NCBI GenBank assembly: GCA_903913285.1
Contig: CAIWKO010000060.1
Span: 55,898-119,897 of the forward strand
Direction of reading: 5' to 3'
DNA length: 64,000 nt
DNA from: an uncultured Bacteroidales bacterium
GTDB taxonomy: Bacteria > Bacteroidota > Bacteroidia > Bacteroidales > CAIWKO01
Positions 8,850-18,680 of this stretch are shown here, one piece after another. The translations under genes were made by a program, and so were the position numbers. Position 1 is the stretch's first letter. Every line of letters begins with the position of its first letter. The notes beneath the pieces were generated by a model. That model did not search any database and was not told where the DNA came from. It saw only the letters and a program-made list of their open reading frames with translations.

Positions 8850-9728
8850 CTATTTGGCCATGTTTTTGAAATCATCACTCAGAAAAGCATCGGGGTTGGA
8901 AGAGCTGATCTTGTGATTATCGAAATACAAAGGTTTCCCTTCTTTGGCTGTGACGATAAATTTCCAGCACGACGAACCGTCGCCGGCAGTTCCTTCAGGA
9001 CCCACTTTGTGGAGGAATGCAACTTTAGGATCGTTTTCGCTGATAGCTTTGGTAATTTCTTCTTCGGTAACAATCTTGACCGGATAGGGATAAAAGTTTT
9101 TGATCTTGGCAAGAGTCTTCACATCAGGAGCCAAATCCGATTCCAAGAACCAGAGTTCATAGTTCTTTAAATCCGAAGAATTTTCTTTCACCACTTGCTG
9201 TATGTCTTTTCCCGGATTTTTTTGCGAATAATCGATATAATACTGGATGAATTTTATTAGGACCGGGAGTTTGTATTCATATGTATCTTCATCTACTTCA
9301 GCGTAAGCAACCGGCACGATACACAAATCGGGCAATTTGTTCAGGTTTTTTGAAGCATCGCCCATCACCAAATTGAGAATCGTATAATCGAATGCATCAT
9401 CACCCTGCGAACCTTCCGACTTGAATAATGATGTTTTTGTTTTTCCGAACCGTGCCTGCGACATAAACATGAAGGAATTTTTCGGGTCGCCCATGTTTTT
9501 TTCAAATTCATCGTTGCTGATAATTTCAAAAGGAGTCACCTTCCAGATATTTTTTAACTGAGCCGAAACAAATCCGTTGAAAACCGAAAAGGGATCATCC
9601 TCAAGCACAACATAAGTTTTGGAATGCAAAAATTTTTCAACTTCTTCCTTACTGATAGCCTTCACTTGAGCTTGTAGTATTTGAAAGGAAAAGAGCATTA
9701 AAACAGAAATTATTATGATTTTTTTCAT
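8850..9728 (-). CDS. Secreted hypothetical protein
   Basis: Long ORF with signal peptide MKKIIIISVLMLFSFQILQA from ATG 9728. Confidence 0.8.
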   Translation of the reverse strand: MKKIIIISVLMLFSFQILQAQVKAISKEEVEKFLHSKTYVVLEDDPFSVFNGFVSAQLKNIWKVTPFEIISNDEFEKNMGDPKNSFMFMSQARFGKTKTSLFKSEGSQGDDAFDYTILNLVMGDASKNLNKLPDLCIVPVAYAEVDEDTYEYKLPVLIKFIQYYIDYSQKNPGKDIQQVVKENSSDLKNYELWFLESDLAPDVKTLAKIKNFYPYPVKIVTEEEITKAISENDPKVAFLHKVGPEGTAGDGSSCWKFIVTAKEGKPLYFDNHKISSSNPDAFLSDDFKNMAK

Positions 9729-9879
9729 GATACCATTTTTAAAGAAACGACATTTTGCGGGCAAATTGTATTCCAAAAGAATAAATTTTCCTATTCTGGA
9801 ATGTTATTAGACCTCAAAAATACTTTTTTTCAATTTCGATTCCGTAAAAAATCTTAATTTTGAACAAAGCAAAACCTTC

Positions 9880-10188
9880 ATGCTTATCAATATCATAAAC
9901 TGGCTTGAAAATCATCAATTGCCTTGTCTTTACGAAAAGTTATTTGGCATTGAATGTCCGGGATGCGGAACACAAAGAGCCATTATTGAGCTTTTACGAG
10001 GTAATTTTCAGGAAAGTTTTCATGCCTGGCCACCCCTCTTACCCGTGATGTTTATGATGGTCTATTTACTGCTATTTTTGAAATTCAGATTTAAAAACGG
10101 GATAACAGTTTTGAAAATAACATTTATAATTAATGCTTCGCTGATAACAATTAACTACATTTATAGATTAATTTTGCACTTAACTTAA
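9880..10188 (+). CDS. DUF2752 family membrane protein
   Basis: LPCLYEKLFGIECPGCGTQRA..LLRG motif followed by TM helices. Confidence 0.85.
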   Translation: MLINIINWLENHQLPCLYEKLFGIECPGCGTQRAIIELLRGNFQESFHAWPPLLPVMFMMVYLLLFLKFRFKNGITVLKITFIINASLITINYIYRLILHLT

Positions 10189-10213
10189 GACTTTAATATT
10201 AAACAAATATACT

Positions 10214-10558
10214 ATGGAAGAAATACAAGATCAACAGTTTCACAGAACAGTACTGCGTCAGAAAATGGTTCCTCATGCCATAACGGCAATGGTGTTTGGT
10301 ATCGTATCAATTGCTGTAATGTGCTATTTTGGATGGGTTGCTGCCATCGTTGCCCTTGTTTTGAGGAATAAGGCCATGAAAATATATAACGAGAATCCCC
10401 CTGATTATAAAGATGCATCATTAAAAATGCTCAACGCGGCTAAAATCTGCGGTATAATCGGTTTGATTGTTTCAATTGTTACTACAGTATTTTACATCCT
10501 GTATATCGTTTTTATCGTAGCAATGACGACCCATACTTCCCATCCTTATTATTACTAA
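10214..10558 (+). CDS. Small membrane protein (CCC-motif/DUF4190-like)
   Basis: Two hydrophobic segments, GIVSI..C and AAKICGIIG; adjacent to the DUF2752 gene. Confidence 0.65.
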   Translation: MEEIQDQQFHRTVLRQKMVPHAITAMVFGIVSIAVMCYFGWVAAIVALVLRNKAMKIYNENPPDYKDASLKMLNAAKICGIIGLIVSIVTTVFYILYIVFIVAMTTHTSHPYYY

Positions 10559-10568
10559 CCGATAGATA

Positions 10569-12080
10569 ATGAAAATTCTTGCTGTCAGCCAAATAAAAGA
10601 AGCCGATGCATTTACGATCGCAAATGAGCCCATTGCCTCAATCGATTTGATGGAACGTGCGGCAAATAATTGCTTTTCATGGATCCAAAGAAATATCGGC
10701 AGAAATAAGTCCTACAAAATATTTTGCGGCACCGGAAATAATGGCGGAGACGGATTAGCGATAGCCCGTATGATGGCAGGCAAAAATATTAGTGTCGAGA
10801 CATTTGTTGTGCGGTTCAGCGAAAAAAGTTCCGACGATTTTGCCACTAATTACAAAGAATTAATAAAACTTAAAAAAATTAAGGTCACGGATATTAATAC
10901 GGCATCCGACCTTCCCGAAATCAAGGAGTCCGATATTATTATCGATGCTGTTTTTGGCTCGGGATTATCGAAACCTGTGAGTCAAGGTATAGCCGCTGAA
11001 GTCATCAAGCATATCAATAAAAGCAAAGCCACGGTTGTTGCTATCGACATACCGTCAGGACTTTTCGGGGAAGATAATTCGGAAAATAGTGGTGAAATAA
11101 TTCAGGCTAATCACACGCTGACATTCCAATTTCCAAAACTTGCTTTTTTGTTTGCAGGAAATGAAAAATTTGTCGGGTCGTGGCAAATATTGCCAATAGG
11201 TTTACATCCGAAATTCATTCAGGATGTTATTACAAAGAATTATTTTGTTGAAGCAGAAGATTGCAAAAATATTCTGAAGCCGCGAAACAGGTTTTCTCAT
11301 AAAGGAACCTACGGACATGCATTGTTGGTTTGTGGTTCGTACGGTAAAATGGGAGCAGCTGTATTGGCAGCAAAAGCATGCATTAAATCAGGAGCAGGAT
11401 TGGTTAGCGCGCACATTCCTGAATGCGGATACATGGTGATGCAGACTGCAGCACCTGAAATTATGTGTCAGGTAGATAGTGATAAAAATATTTTTTCTGA
11501 TAATCTGGATATCTCTGTTTATAATTCTGTTGGTGTTGGTTCGGGAATAGGAACAGATGAAAAAACTCAGAAAGCATTGAAATTGCTGATACAGAATTCG
11601 GGGAATCCGATGGTTTTCGATGCCGATGCCATCAATATACTTGCCGAAAACAAAACATGGATATCATTTGTTCCGAAAAACTCAATCTTTACGCCTCATC
11701 CAAAAGAATTCGAACGATTGGTGGGTAAAAGCACAAACGAATTTGAACGACAAAATCTACAAATTGAGTTTTCTAAGAAATATGGTGTTTACATCGTATT
11801 AAAAGGAGCTTTCACCTGCGTCAGCACTCCTGCAGGAGATTGTTATTTCAATTCATCAGGTAATCCGGGAATGGCAACTGCCGGAAGCGGCGATTTACTG
11901 ACAGGCATCCTCACAGGATTATTGGCGCAAGGCTACACTGCTTTCGAAACTTGTATTCTGGGTGTATTTGTACACGGACTTGCCGGAGATTGCTCGGCTA
12001 AAATGCAGGGCTATGAAGCCACAACAGCCATTGAGATCATCAATATGCTGGGGAAAGCTTTTAAAAAACTGTATTCTTAA
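10569..12080 (+). CDS. nnr: Bifunctional NAD(P)H-hydrate epimerase/dehydratase
   Basis: LMERAA, CGTGNNGGDG, DAVFGSG, AIDIPSG, HKGTYG, DADA, TPHPKEF and ATAGSGD. Confidence 0.95.
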   Translation: MKILAVSQIKEADAFTIANEPIASIDLMERAANNCFSWIQRNIGRNKSYKIFCGTGNNGGDGLAIARMMAGKNISVETFVVRFSEKSSDDFATNYKELIKLKKIKVTDINTASDLPEIKESDIIIDAVFGSGLSKPVSQGIAAEVIKHINKSKATVVAIDIPSGLFGEDNSENSGEIIQANHTLTFQFPKLAFLFAGNEKFVGSWQILPIGLHPKFIQDVITKNYFVEAEDCKNILKPRNRFSHKGTYGHALLVCGSYGKMGAAVLAAKACIKSGAGLVSAHIPECGYMVMQTAAPEIMCQVDSDKNIFSDNLDISVYNSVGVGSGIGTDEKTQKALKLLIQNSGNPMVFDADAINILAENKTWISFVPKNSIFTPHPKEFERLVGKSTNEFERQNLQIEFSKKYGVYIVLKGAFTCVSTPAGDCYFNSSGNPGMATAGSGDLLTGILTGLLAQGYTAFETCILGVFVHGLAGDCSAKMQGYEATTAIEIINMLGKAFKKLYS

Positions 12081-12631
12081 CCAAGCAACAATTCACTGAT
12101 CTTTTTCCGCGTTCGCGGTCTTGCAGCTCTTATTTGAAGATTTTCAGGCAGGCTCGCCGTTTCACCGGGAAATCCTATTGCTGCAATAGAGATAATAGTA
12201 TAATCATCCGAAACCTCAAAATTTCTGCGTGCCAATTCATGATCAAAACCAGCCATCTGATGCACGTATACGCCCGACTCCAAGGCGGAAATAATGAAAT
12301 TCTCCATAGCCATTCCAGTATCAAATTGATGATAGGGGTTTGGATTAGCATTATGCGTAAAGGTTTTTTTTGCCATTACAAGCATCAGCACTGCAGCTTT
12401 CTGTGCCCATTCGTTGTTTCCTTCGACCATAGTGGTTCGGATTTTCTCGAAACGTTCTGTATCTATTTTATGAGCATAAATAAATCGCCAGGGTTGCTCA
12501 TTAAAAGCTGATGGAGCCCATCGGGCCGCTTCAAAAAATTTTATTATTTTTTCTTCTTCAACATTTTTGTTAGAAAAAGCTAACGGGCTAAACCGTTTAT
12601 TAATTAAATCAGTTGCATTTAAATCATTCAT
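12077..12631 (-). CDS. Nitroreductase family protein
   Basis: RFSPLAF, EAARWAPSAFNEQPWRF and HQMAGFD. Confidence 0.92.
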   Translation of the reverse strand: MNDLNATDLINKRFSPLAFSNKNVEEEKIIKFFEAARWAPSAFNEQPWRFIYAHKIDTERFEKIRTTMVEGNNEWAQKAAVLMLVMAKKTFTHNANPNPYHQFDTGMAMENFIISALESGVYVHQMAGFDHELARRNFEVSDDYTIISIAAIGFPGETASLPENLQIRAARPRTRKKISELLLG

Positions 12632-12641
12632 TTTTTATAGT

Positions 12642-13040
12642 CTATCGATTTTCAAAGATACTTCCTTTTTCCTGCATCCATTCCATTATTTTCTTTCGTA
12701 ATTTCCAGCATGTCATCTGCCGGATACATTCATCCTTGGAAATCTTATACGCCGAAATCTGCGGATTACAGCAAATAGAGAACAATATTCTGAATGCATC
12801 GGTTATTGGTAGTTTGCAATTATGAAATAAGGTATGTGCTGTAACCGATTCTTCGTGTTTGCATCTTGTGCAACGTCGTGAAAACGGTTTTTTGCCGCTG
12901 CAATAATTCGTGTTGCCACACTTGTTACAAACAAATCCCTTGCTCCATTTTCCTTCTTCCAGAAAACGATAACAACTATCAGCATCCCCATATTTTGAAA
13001 AGAATTCTTCAGGTTTTATTCCTTCAAAAACTTTGTTCAT
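12642..13040 (-). CDS. IS1595-like transposase zinc-ribbon domain protein lacking the DDE catalytic domain
   Basis: FF..Y...D.C..FL...KW..GFVCNKCG...RCTRCKH..SVTAHTLFHNCKLP resembles the IS1595 N-terminus; only 132 aa. Confidence 0.7.
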   Translation of the reverse strand: MNKVFEGIKPEEFFSKYGDADSCYRFLEEGKWSKGFVCNKCGNTNYCSGKKPFSRRCTRCKHEESVTAHTLFHNCKLPITDAFRILFSICCNPQISAYKISKDECIRQMTCWKLRKKIMEWMQEKGSIFENR

Positions 13041-13125
13041 GATATTTTTTTATGCAAATTTATAAAAAATAAGTGATACTAATGCGATATTAAAATAAAA
13101 TGTTGTATCTTTGCAAAAAAATCAG

Positions 13126-13611
13126 ATGATGAAGAAACTCTTTTTACTGTTACTAATATCTATAGTGTTTGTTTCTTGCAATAATTCAGGCAATACAAAT
13201 AAGGATGCTGCTGCCAATACGAATCAATCCGGAGCTGTTGTGGTTAAACCAGAACATTTGAACGAAGATGCTTTTCGAAAAAAAGTTTTTGATTATACCT
13301 CGGGTAAAGAATGGAAATATATTGGTGACAAGCCTTGCATTATTGATTTTTATGCCGATTGGTGCTCACCTTGTCGCCGTCTTGGACCTGTTTTAGAAGA
13401 GCTGGCTCAGGAATACAAAGACCAGATCTATGTTTATAAAGTGAACACCGACCAGAATCCTAATGTTTCGGCATATTTTTCAATTCAAAGTATACCGGCT
13501 GTATTTTTCTGTCCAATGAACGATAAACCACAAGTGATGGTGGGACTCTATCAAAAAGAAGATTATGTAAAAATAATAAATGATCTGCTATTGAAACCTA
13601 CTGGCAAATAA
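13126..13611 (+). CDS. Thioredoxin-like lipoprotein
   Basis: Lipobox-like IVFVSC, IIDFYADWCSPC and IQSIP. A TATCTTTG promoter element at 13106-13113 argues for a start at 13126. Confidence 0.88.
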   Translation: MMKKLFLLLLISIVFVSCNNSGNTNKDAAANTNQSGAVVVKPEHLNEDAFRKKVFDYTSGKEWKYIGDKPCIIDFYADWCSPCRRLGPVLEELAQEYKDQIYVYKVNTDQNPNVSAYFSIQSIPAVFFCPMNDKPQVMVGLYQKEDYVKIINDLLLKPTGK

Positions 13612-13661
13612 GTGTCTGGCGGTTTAGTAAAAGTAATTCTAAAAATCTAAAATCAAATAAT

Positions 13662-14012
13662 ATGGAACACTTAACTAAGGAAACCTTTAAAGAGAAAGTT
13701 TTCGATTTTGAAACTGAAAAAGAATGGAAATTCAAAGGAGAATTACCGTGTGTGATCGATTTTTATGCCGATTGGTGCGGTCCCTGCAAAATGGTAGCTC
13801 CCATCATGGAAGAGTTATCGAAAGATTTTGCCGGCAAGGTCAATATCTATAAAGTTGATACCGAAGCAGAGCAAGAGCTTGCTGCTATTTTTGGCATCAG
13901 AAGCATTCCCAGCATTTTATTCTGTCCGCTTGGAGCTGAACCACAAATGTCGGCAGGTGCTATGCCAAAGCCTCAGTTTGCGCAAGCAATCAACGATATC
14001 TTATTGAAGTAA
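13662..14012 (+). CDS. trxA: Thioredoxin
   Basis: VIDFYADWCGPCK and FGIRSIP. Confidence 0.92.
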   Translation: MEHLTKETFKEKVFDFETEKEWKFKGELPCVIDFYADWCGPCKMVAPIMEELSKDFAGKVNIYKVDTEAEQELAAIFGIRSIPSILFCPLGAEPQMSAGAMPKPQFAQAINDILLK

Positions 14013-14028
14013 TATTCTTGATTTATTG

Positions 14029-14060
14029 AAGCGGCTGCACAGAAATGTGCGGCCGTTTTT
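14029..14060 (+). terminator. Rho-independent terminator
   Basis: GCGGCTGCAC-AGAAAT-GTGCGGCCGT followed by a T-tract. Confidence 0.7.
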
Positions 14061-14061
14061 A

Positions 14062-14718
14062 TTACACTATCTGACCGTCTTTCATCACCAGTTTGCGGTC
14101 CGACATGGCAGCAAATTCTTCATTATGTGTAACTATTACAAATGTCTGGTTGAATTTTTCGCGCAGATCAAAAAAGAGTTTATGCAATTCATGTGCATTA
14201 GCCGAATCCAGATTGCCTGAAGGTTCGTCAGCTAAGATCACATCAGGGTTATTGATCAGTGCACGTGCCACTGCCACCCGTTGCTGTTCCCCGCCTGATA
14301 GTTGCGATGGTTTGTGAGTCAGCCGGTCGTGCAAACCCAAAAAATTGAGTATCTCTCCTGCACTATGCTCAGCTTCTTTTTTCGAAACTTTTGCTATAAA
14401 TGCAGGAATGCAGACATTTTCTAAAGCCGTAAACTCAGGAAGCAGATGATGGAACTGAAACACGAAACCGATATGTTTGTTACGAAACGCAGCCAGTTTT
14501 TTTTCGTTCATCTTCTGTATCTGCGTATTGTTTATTTCTATCGTGCCAGCATCAGGCCTGTCAAGTGTACCAATGATATGCAGCAAGGTAGTCTTTCCTG
14601 CTCCCGAAGCACCCACTATAGAAACAATTTCACCACGCCCGATCTCTAAATTGATGCCTTTAAGCACCTGAAGCGTATTATACGATTTTTGTATGTTCTT
14701 AACTTTTATCATACTCAT
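14062..14718 (-). CDS. ABC transporter ATP-binding protein, LolD-like
   Basis: [36 protein letters not shown] and ADEPSGNLD. Confidence 0.92.
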   Translation of the reverse strand: MSMIKVKNIQKSYNTLQVLKGINLEIGRGEIVSIVGASGAGKTTLLHIIGTLDRPDAGTIEINNTQIQKMNEKKLAAFRNKHIGFVFQFHHLLPEFTALENVCIPAFIAKVSKKEAEHSAGEILNFLGLHDRLTHKPSQLSGGEQQRVAVARALINNPDVILADEPSGNLDSANAHELHKLFFDLREKFNQTFVIVTHNEEFAAMSDRKLVMKDGQIV

Positions 14719-14721
14719 TTC

Positions 14722-17172
14722 TTACTTTTTCTTTTTTGCAGCCCATCGTCTGATGTTCTGGTAATCCAGATAATAAATAACTTTTACAGAAAGCGAATTG
14801 AGTTGCTTCTCCGCAAAAATTTTCCCAAAGTTATCAAAATATGAAGGGTTCACGATATTTTTTTCATCCGAAATATAATTTTTATACGCAACATTCAGGC
14901 TGCTGCCGGGTGCAAACTCCCAATAGAACAACAGATCAATATTGAAAACGTTGTAATTGAAATTGTAGGGAGTGAAATCCGTTACCGATGTATTTCCTAC
15001 CAATTCTCCGTCATTATTCAGGTAAAATAATTGGTCATAAACCCCATCCGACCAATAGTGACGTACTGCAATACTTAGCGACAAATTGTTCCTGAAAATA
15101 TAACGCGCCGTGAGTTGGTTTTCCACCACATTCACATCTCTTTGCCCAAAAAGTATGTTATTCAAGTCATCAATATCTGCAAAGCCGATAGCGTTGATGT
15201 CTCTCGAATATTTCGAAGAAATGTTGAACATAAAATGATTGCTGCACCTCACAATAGGCGATAGCACTGCCGAAAAATACGTCGCATTCTTAAACATTTT
15301 CCTGTAAAACTCACCCTGAAAATCCAGCGAGACCCTTCTCCTGTAATCCGAAGAAAATCCTCCTGTAAAATAATAAAATTCATCATTCACATAAAACCTG
15401 CCCGGCATTCTGGGTTCATAAAAATCGTTGTTTTTCAAGGGCTGCACTGTAATGCCCTCCCAAATCGTAAGATATTTTTTTGTAGTAAAATTATTCGAAA
15501 GTCCCACCGTAAAATTCTCCACATATTTCGTCAAAAAGTTTTCCATATAATCCACCTGAAACGAGGTCGACATATTTTTAATATTCCCAAAAGGTTTATA
15601 AATATTATAATACACAACCACTCCGTTGTCGGTTTGGTTGTTTGTTAGTGTAAGACCCAGATCGTTGGCATCCCACTTTTGGTTCATTTCAGTTCGGTAA
15701 ATCGTGAACTGAAATTTTCCGCTGATCTTGTTGAACGAAACAGAATACTTATAGCCCATCGTATCCGAATAATTTGTGCTTGTCGAATCAAAGCGATGAA
15801 ACTTCTGGCTTAAAGCAGCGGTGCCGCTAAACTGAAACCTGTTTTTTTTGTCATCTAATTTCAGACCCAACAGCGAAACATTGCTATCATCAAAACCTTT
15901 GGTGCGTATAGTATTGGAGTTCACAAAATAGATCTTCGAATTGTTTTTCAGTATCTGGTCGAACACAAAAATATTATAATTCGTTAGCGGTTCTGTTAGT
16001 ATACGTCTCCGATGCCCCGCTGAATCACTTATCGTAGCATACATATCGTTCGTGATTGCATTAAAAATGCCTATCGCCGTTCCGTTTTTGTTCCGTCCTG
16101 AAAACTTTATGGCATTGATCAGTTTGGCTTGTTCCGGATTTTTCTCCACAAATTCGTTCGCTCCTACCGAGTCATACACGTTGTTGTAGTCCATGGGCTG
16201 CCGGCCAATCCTGCGCGTATAAAACAAGTTGCCTTCCTTAAACAGATCGATTGCTTCATTAAAAAACGGACGGTAATCCGTATAAACCGTTTCAAAGGCC
16301 GAAAGATTCTTCACCTGATAGTCTGAATGAACCTGACTGAAATCGGGCAAAAGAGTCACATCTAACGTAAAACTCTCGTTGATGCCGTATTTCAGATCCA
16401 TACCTCCGCTGATCGATCCCGACAAATTCTTCTCTCCTTTCGTATTATACGGATAATGGTCTCCCGAGAGCGAAATAAATGGAGTGAGCGAAAGACGAAG
16501 CGGCGATTGAATATTGCTGATACCTTCCAGTTTACCCCAATCGGCCAGAATATTTCCCGAACCCTTAGCTTCAGTTGCCCACAAATCTCTTTCGCGATTG
16601 CGCCTTATATGTCTTGCCAACTGCAAACCCCAAACCTGATCTTTCACTTTTGCAAATCGGATGGCCGAATAATTAATTTTCATCTCGCACGTCCAGCCAT
16701 TTTTTAGTCGTTTCACTGCGCTCTGCCAAACCCCGTTATAGCTTGCATCGTTCGTCCTATAATCCATTTGAACTCCCGAAGCAAACACCAAAAATGCGTA
16801 TGCATCCGATTGCAGGTTGTATGTGTCGAACTCCACCCCAAACATATCCGCATTCGGCTCATCATCGCGGTTGCCCAACTCGGTCATGATACTGTCAGGG
16901 GCTGTATCAAACATCATTGCACCTATATAAATTGCATCATCGTCAAAGCAAATTCTGACCTCGGTTTTCTGAGTTGTAGCAGCTTTATAATGCGGGTCGT
17001 CCTGAATAAAATCAGTTATGGGTACACACTTCTTCCAGCATGAATCGTTCAACATGCCATCGATCTTAGGAGGAATGCTTAAGCGGACCGCCATAGCTTT
17101 TTTGGTTTGAGCCATAGTGAATGAGGCTCCGCAGAACAACAACAAAAAAAATATAGCGATGTTTTTAAACAT
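14722..17172 (-). CDS. DUF5916/CBM9-like domain outer-membrane protein
   Basis: Signal peptide; PKIDGMLND..W N-terminal sugar-binding-like region; LDVTLLPDFSQV..D and RPFF.E..DLF...LFYTRRIG motifs; C-terminal beta-strand pattern. Confidence 0.8.
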   Translation of the reverse strand: MFKNIAIFFLLLFCGASFTMAQTKKAMAVRLSIPPKIDGMLNDSCWKKCVPITDFIQDDPHYKAATTQKTEVRICFDDDAIYIGAMMFDTAPDSIMTELGNRDDEPNADMFGVEFDTYNLQSDAYAFLVFASGVQMDYRTNDASYNGVWQSAVKRLKNGWTCEMKINYSAIRFAKVKDQVWGLQLARHIRRNRERDLWATEAKGSGNILADWGKLEGISNIQSPLRLSLTPFISLSGDHYPYNTKGEKNLSGSISGGMDLKYGINESFTLDVTLLPDFSQVHSDYQVKNLSAFETVYTDYRPFFNEAIDLFKEGNLFYTRRIGRQPMDYNNVYDSVGANEFVEKNPEQAKLINAIKFSGRNKNGTAIGIFNAITNDMYATISDSAGHRRRILTEPLTNYNIFVFDQILKNNSKIYFVNSNTIRTKGFDDSNVSLLGLKLDDKKNRFQFSGTAALSQKFHRFDSTSTNYSDTMGYKYSVSFNKISGKFQFTIYRTEMNQKWDANDLGLTLTNNQTDNGVVVYYNIYKPFGNIKNMSTSFQVDYMENFLTKYVENFTVGLSNNFTTKKYLTIWEGITVQPLKNNDFYEPRMPGRFYVNDEFYYFTGGFSSDYRRRVSLDFQGEFYRKMFKNATYFSAVLSPIVRCSNHFMFNISSKYSRDINAIGFADIDDLNNILFGQRDVNVVENQLTARYIFRNNLSLSIAVRHYWSDGVYDQLFYLNNDGELVGNTSVTDFTPYNFNYNVFNIDLLFYWEFAPGSSLNVAYKNYISDEKNIVNPSYFDNFGKIFAEKQLNSLSVKVIYYLDYQNIRRWAAKKKK

Positions 17173-17414
17173 AAATTAAGTTGTGCGAAATTAACACTTT
17201 TTGATGCTTGGATATATGACGAGTGAATTTCTTTTTTGTTGCATTATTTATGAATTAATAAACTCCCAACCATAAACTTTTAAATAATAGCTTAAGGTAC
17301 ATGTAACTATACCATTTGTCAATTTAACATAGAAAAACACCCCTATTTAAAATTTCTTTGCCCTATATTTTATTTTTTATCTAAATTTGAAACCTCACAG
17401 AAAAAAGAAACAAA

Positions 17415-18608
17415 ATGAATTTGCACGAATTTCAGGCCAAAGAGATCCTCAAGCATTTCAATGTAAATGTACCTCAGGGTATTATTGCCGTCACTCCCGA
17501 CGAAGCCAAAGATGCAGCTTATATTATCAATGCCGGTTCAGGCTCCGAAAAGTTTGCTGTAAAAGCCCAGATACATGCAGGTGGACGCGGCAAAGGAGGC
17601 GGAGTAAAAATTGCAAAATCCTATCAGGAGGTTTACGACTATGCAAAGCAAATTCTCGGCATGATGCTCATCACTCCGCAAACCAAAGCCGAAGGTAAAA
17701 AAGTACATAAGGTACTCGTTGAACAAAATATTTATTACGAAGGACCATCACCTATAAAGGAATTTTATATCAGTATATTGCTGAACCGCCCCACAGGAAG
17801 GAATATTATCATGTATTCTCCGCGTGGAGGTATGGACATTGAAAAGGTTGCCGAAGAAACCCCTGAGCAGATTTTTAAAGAAGAGATACATCCTGCCTTG
17901 GGCATACAAACTTTTCAGTGCCGCCGCATTGCCTTCAATCTGGGATTGGAAGGCGAAGCATATAAAAATATGCTGCCCTTTATCGAAAACCTTTATAACG
18001 CTTATATCGGTTCCGATGCATCCCTGCTCGAGATCAACCCTGTAATAAAAGCCGCCGACAACAAAATATTTGCAGCCGATGCCAAAGTGGTTGTCGATAA
18101 TAATGCACTGTTCCGCCACCCCAACATAGCTAACATGCGGGATATCTATGAAGAAGACCCTACTGAAGTGGAAGCCGGAAAGTTTGGTTTGAATTTCGTA
18201 AAACTCGATGGCAATGTAGGCTGCATGGTGAACGGAGCCGGATTAGCCATGGCAACCATGGATATCATTAAACTTTCAGGGGGTGCACCTGCTAATTTTC
18301 TGGATGTGGGAGGTACAGCCAATGCCAAACGAGTGGAAGAAGCTTTCCGGATCATTTTGACCGATACAAACGTGAAAGCCATACTGGTCAATATATTTGG
18401 AGGTATTGTTCGCTGCGACAGAGTGGCGCAGGGTATCGTAGATGCCTATCACGAGATAGGTGAAATACCCGTTCCGATCATTGTTCGTTTGCAAGGCACC
18501 AATGCCATCGAAGCAAAAAATATTATCGACCAATCGGGTTTGAAAGTTTATTCGGCCATCGACCTGAAGGATGCTGCTGATCTGGTGACAGATCTTTTAA
18601 AGAATTAG
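17415..18608 (+). CDS. sucC: Succinyl-CoA ligase (ADP-forming) beta subunit
   Basis: MNLHEFQAK, KAQIHAGGRGKGGGVK, GCMVNGAGLAMATMD and NIFGGIVRCD. Confidence 0.97.
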   Translation: MNLHEFQAKEILKHFNVNVPQGIIAVTPDEAKDAAYIINAGSGSEKFAVKAQIHAGGRGKGGGVKIAKSYQEVYDYAKQILGMMLITPQTKAEGKKVHKVLVEQNIYYEGPSPIKEFYISILLNRPTGRNIIMYSPRGGMDIEKVAEETPEQIFKEEIHPALGIQTFQCRRIAFNLGLEGEAYKNMLPFIENLYNAYIGSDASLLEINPVIKAADNKIFAADAKVVVDNNALFRHPNIANMRDIYEEDPTEVEAGKFGLNFVKLDGNVGCMVNGAGLAMATMDIIKLSGGAPANFLDVGGTANAKRVEEAFRIILTDTNVKAILVNIFGGIVRCDRVAQGIVDAYHEIGEIPVPIIVRLQGTNAIEAKNIIDQSGLKVYSAIDLKDAADLVTDLLKN

Positions 18609-18680
18609 TATTAATATCTGTGATTTACGAATTGTGATTGGCGATTGGTGCTTCTCAATCAAGTTCCGCTATAATTTGAA

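Noticed and set aside
12642-13040. Active IS1595 insertion sequence
   Set aside because: No DDE domain, terminal inverted repeats or target-site duplication visible.
17415-18608. sucC without adjacent sucD as an anomaly
   Set aside because: Unlinked sucC and sucD are common in Bacteroidota.
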